The translations under genes were made by a program, and so were the position numbers. From the NCBI RefSeq assembly GCF_964204645.1, contig NC_134027.1, forward strand, positions 19,492,560-19,556,559: a DNA stretch of 64,000 nucleotides, written 5' to 3'. This DNA comes from Tubulanus polymorphus. Its lineage: Eukaryota; Animalia; Nemertea. The notes under the pieces are model-generated. The model was not told where the DNA came from, ran no database searches, and was given only the letters and a program-made list of their open reading frames with translations. Positions 61,494 to 64,000 of the stretch are shown here, piece by piece. The first letter of the stretch is position 1. Every line of letters begins with the position of its first letter.

Positions 61494-61515
61494 TAATACA
61501 TAGGTATACAAATAG

Positions 61516-62127
61516 TTATTTTATAAATTTATATTCATATGGAAATTGTAATCTCATAAGTAATTTGGAACCTTTATTATTTTTTAATTTATTCATATAC
61601 TCATCGTGTAATTCAGTAGGTATAATTTGATTTTCTTCCAATGATTGTTGCATAGATTTTCTATCTTTGTTGTAGAATAAAACTAGAAATCTTATATTCT
61701 CTCTAAAATCTTTCACAATTGAATTATATTTCTGATTTAAAACCCAAGTTGTTATCCCAAAATGTCTACCAGAGAAAGCTAAATAACATAACTCACTTTC
61801 TCTAATTTTAGAATCATGTAAATTTGCGCAATCATCAATAATAAATAATGTATTTGATCCTTTATAAATATCTAATGCAATTTTTATACAATTATCTAAA
61901 TTTTCTTTTACTGTTTTAGGGTCTAATATAATAAACTTTTTTATCTTAACTATATCTCTATTATATGTTTTATTCATTTCATAAGTAGGACAGAATAATA
62001 TTATATTATCAAAATGATTCTTATAAATAGTTTCTAACAAATCTAATATGAAATGTGTTTTACCACAATTGGTTACTCCAGTAACTAACATATTATGCGG
62101 TTCAAATATAAATAAATCTTTATTCAT
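61516..62127 (-). CDS. P3 A32-like packaging ATPase
   Basis: GVTNCGKT, FIIDD, GRHFGI. Confidence 0.93.
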   Translation of the reverse strand: MNKDLFIFEPHNMLVTGVTNCGKTHFILDLLETIYKNHFDNIILFCPTYEMNKTYNRDIVKIKKFIILDPKTVKENLDNCIKIALDIYKGSNTLFIIDDCANLHDSKIRESELCYLAFSGRHFGITTWVLNQKYNSIVKDFRENIRFLVLFYNKDRKSMQQSLEENQIIPTELHDEYMNKLKNNKGSKLLMRLQFPYEYKFIK

Positions 62128-63208
62128 TTATTCTTTTAATTTTACTAGATAAAATCCATTCATTAAATTTATCATCATATCCTTTATATTTCACCAAAGA
62201 ATACTTTTTTCCTTTAAGAGTTTTTGTTTTCAATACTTTTTCTATTTTGTATTCTATTTCATCTGGATTTGGTACTAATGATAATTCTTGTTCATAAAAA
62301 TAACCTAATATTTCTTCATCTTTTAAATCAAACAATTTATAAACAAATGGTTTAGTTAATATTATCTTTTTAATTTTAAATATTTCTTCTGTAAAATTAG
62401 GGGTATAACCTTTATAAAATGTTTTTCGATATTTAGAAATTCTAACATGTTGTCCTATTTTAAATTTAGGTTCTCCAAAATCATGTGTAACAAATGCTCC
62501 ATATAAATTATTCCAAACTATTTCTGAATTTTCTTCTTTTCTAGCTTGTATAGGTTTCATATTTATAGAACTATGTTTAGAATTATTATAACCTTTCATT
62601 AAATCATCTAACACATCGATATATTTATATGTTTCATTAGCAGTAAAATATTTCCACATTCTAGTTTTCAATGTTTTATTAAATCTTTCTATAACAGATG
62701 CTTTTTTATCTGAATGTGTTGAAAAATATTCTACATCGTTATCAGATAATAGTTTTTTAAAATGTTTGTTATAAAATTCTTTACCTTCATCAAATTGTAT
62801 CTTATCTGGAATAGCTTCTTTAAATATTAATTTGAAAACATTTGTTACTTCTATACCAGTTTTATTTTTAATCGGGATACTCCATGCGTATCTACTGAAT
62901 ATATCTATAACATTTAGTATCCAAAAATATCCTTTGTTGTATTCTTCTAAGTTTTTCATATCAATTAAATCTGCTTGCCATTGTTGATCAATATATGAAA
63001 CCATTACTTTTCTTGTTAAATATTTTTTATCCATCTTTTTATGAATTTGATATGTGGGTTGATTTTGTAACCATGATTTTAATTCACTATATTTTATTTT
63101 TTCTTTATCAGATTTAATTTTATCCCATAATTCCGAAACACTTGAATATGATACTTCACTTTCTGGGTTATAATATAACTCTCTTAAATATTGTTCTTTT
63201 TTCATCAT
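62120..63208 (-). CDS. P3 rve integrase with chromodomain, intact
   Basis: QWQADLIDM, QFDEGKEF, IERFNKT, YKIEKVL..VKYKGYDDKFNEWI. Confidence 0.95.
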   Translation of the reverse strand: MMKKEQYLRELYYNPESEVSYSSVSELWDKIKSDKEKIKYSELKSWLQNQPTYQIHKKMDKKYLTRKVMVSYIDQQWQADLIDMKNLEEYNKGYFWILNVIDIFSRYAWSIPIKNKTGIEVTNVFKLIFKEAIPDKIQFDEGKEFYNKHFKKLLSDNDVEYFSTHSDKKASVIERFNKTLKTRMWKYFTANETYKYIDVLDDLMKGYNNSKHSSINMKPIQARKEENSEIVWNNLYGAFVTHDFGEPKFKIGQHVRISKYRKTFYKGYTPNFTEEIFKIKKIILTKPFVYKLFDLKDEEILGYFYEQELSLVPNPDEIEYKIEKVLKTKTLKGKKYSLVKYKGYDDKFNEWILSSKIKRINE

Positions 63209-63211
63209 ATT

Positions 63212-63556
63212 TTAATCCATTAATAATAATTTAGATTTAGTTTCATTTGATTTATTTTCTGGTATAATATGTTTATCATCATCGGAATCATCTTTATCGT
63301 CAGATTTGATTTTATATTTATATATTACACCAGAGAATATAATAACTGTGATTAACCCAATTGTAATATATAATTTATTATTACTTCCAACATTATAAGA
63401 ATTAGATGGATTATTATTTGAATCAATATCAGATTCATTTATATCAGTTAATTTCTTTTTCTTAGCTTTTTTTAATTCTGAAGATCTTTTACCTAATTCT
63501 CTTGCCCATTTAATTTGTTTCTCGGATCTAGCTTTTTTCTTAACTCCATCACTCAT
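63212..63556 (-). CDS. P3 small membrane protein
   Basis: Homolog of 36263-36619. Confidence 0.8.
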   Translation of the reverse strand: MSDGVKKKARSEKQIKWARELGKRSSELKKAKKKKLTDINESDIDSNNNPSNSYNVGSNNKLYITIGLITVIIFSGVIYKYKIKSDDKDDSDDDKHIIPENKSNETKSKLLLMD

Positions 63557-64000
63557 TTATTTTAGTTAATTTTTGTTCTGATTCATTTTCTGTTTCGATG
63601 TTTTGTTGTAGTACATCTGTTTCGTTCTTACCTGATTTATATTCCATAGGCTTGATGTTCGAAAATGTTATGACACCAGTAGAAATTAATGTCATAACCG
63701 ATCCTAATTGAAATGAAACATATCCAACCCATTTTTGTAATTCAGTCATAACTAAATAGTCATTTTTCAAATCATTATATAATTTATTTTCATCATCAAT
63801 TGGTATTAACTGGTTACATAACTTAGAATAACATTTAACAATACCATCACTTATAGAGTCGTTTATTCTAGCTAATCTTGCCTCTTCATAAATTTTAAAA
63901 TATTTTATTACTTTATCGGGTTTCATAGAGTCTAGTTCTTGAAAAGTTATTATTTTTCCTAAGAAGTCCTTAGATTTCCCGCCAGCAATTAATAATTCAA
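63549..64000 (-). CDS. P3 conserved hypothetical protein (5' end outside window)
   Basis: Homolog of 10855-11441. Confidence 0.8.
   Translation of the reverse strand, partial: ELLIAGGKSKDFLGKIITFQELDSMKPDKVIKYFKIYEEARLARINDSISDGIVKCYSKLCNQLIPIDDENKLYNDLKNDYLVMTELQKWVGYVSFQLGSVMTLISTGVITFSNIKPMEYKSGKNETDVLQQNIETENESEQKLTKINE

Larger units (their letters stand above)
48868..64000 (+). mobile_element. Polinton-like element P3, nested in P2, right end outside window
   Basis: Terminus AGTAATAGGGGTAATAGGCTTTCATACC; pPolB, penton, MCP, ATPase and integrase genes. Confidence 0.93.

Overview
Eukaryotic (probably invertebrate animal) repeat-dense DNA with no clear host gene. It is dominated by three related, very AT-rich Polinton/Maverick-like endogenous DNA viruses. 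P1 (9294-26249) is complete, with 70-bp TIRs and a 6-bp ATTTGG TSD, and sits inside a decayed CR1/L2-like LINE. P2 (34766-48867) is interrupted by a young BEL/Pao LTR retrotransposon and then by P3. P3 (48868 to beyond 64000) begins with a 386-bp palindrome. The family encodes pPolB, rve integrase with chromodomain, A32-like ATPase, major and minor capsid proteins and several membrane proteins; complete P1 has no adenain protease. Three unusual signals coincide. (i) Nearly every gene starts with TAAATG, often after a T-run and a ~6-nt spacer, which is the poxvirus late-promoter layout. (ii) P1 encodes a Zn-finger protein fused to a poxvirus A2/VLTF3-like transcription factor. (iii) The P1 pPolB carries a 355-aa LAGLIDADG intein of giant-virus PolB type in the YxD|TDS motif, while P3 has the empty allele. 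Together these suggest an endogenous satellite (virophage-like) virus that depends on a poxvirus-like or other nucleocytovirus helper; this is inference. The rest of the window holds decayed hAT, THAP, Sola1, Gypsy, Myb/SANT and MITE sequences. All homology calls are from motif recognition, not database searches.
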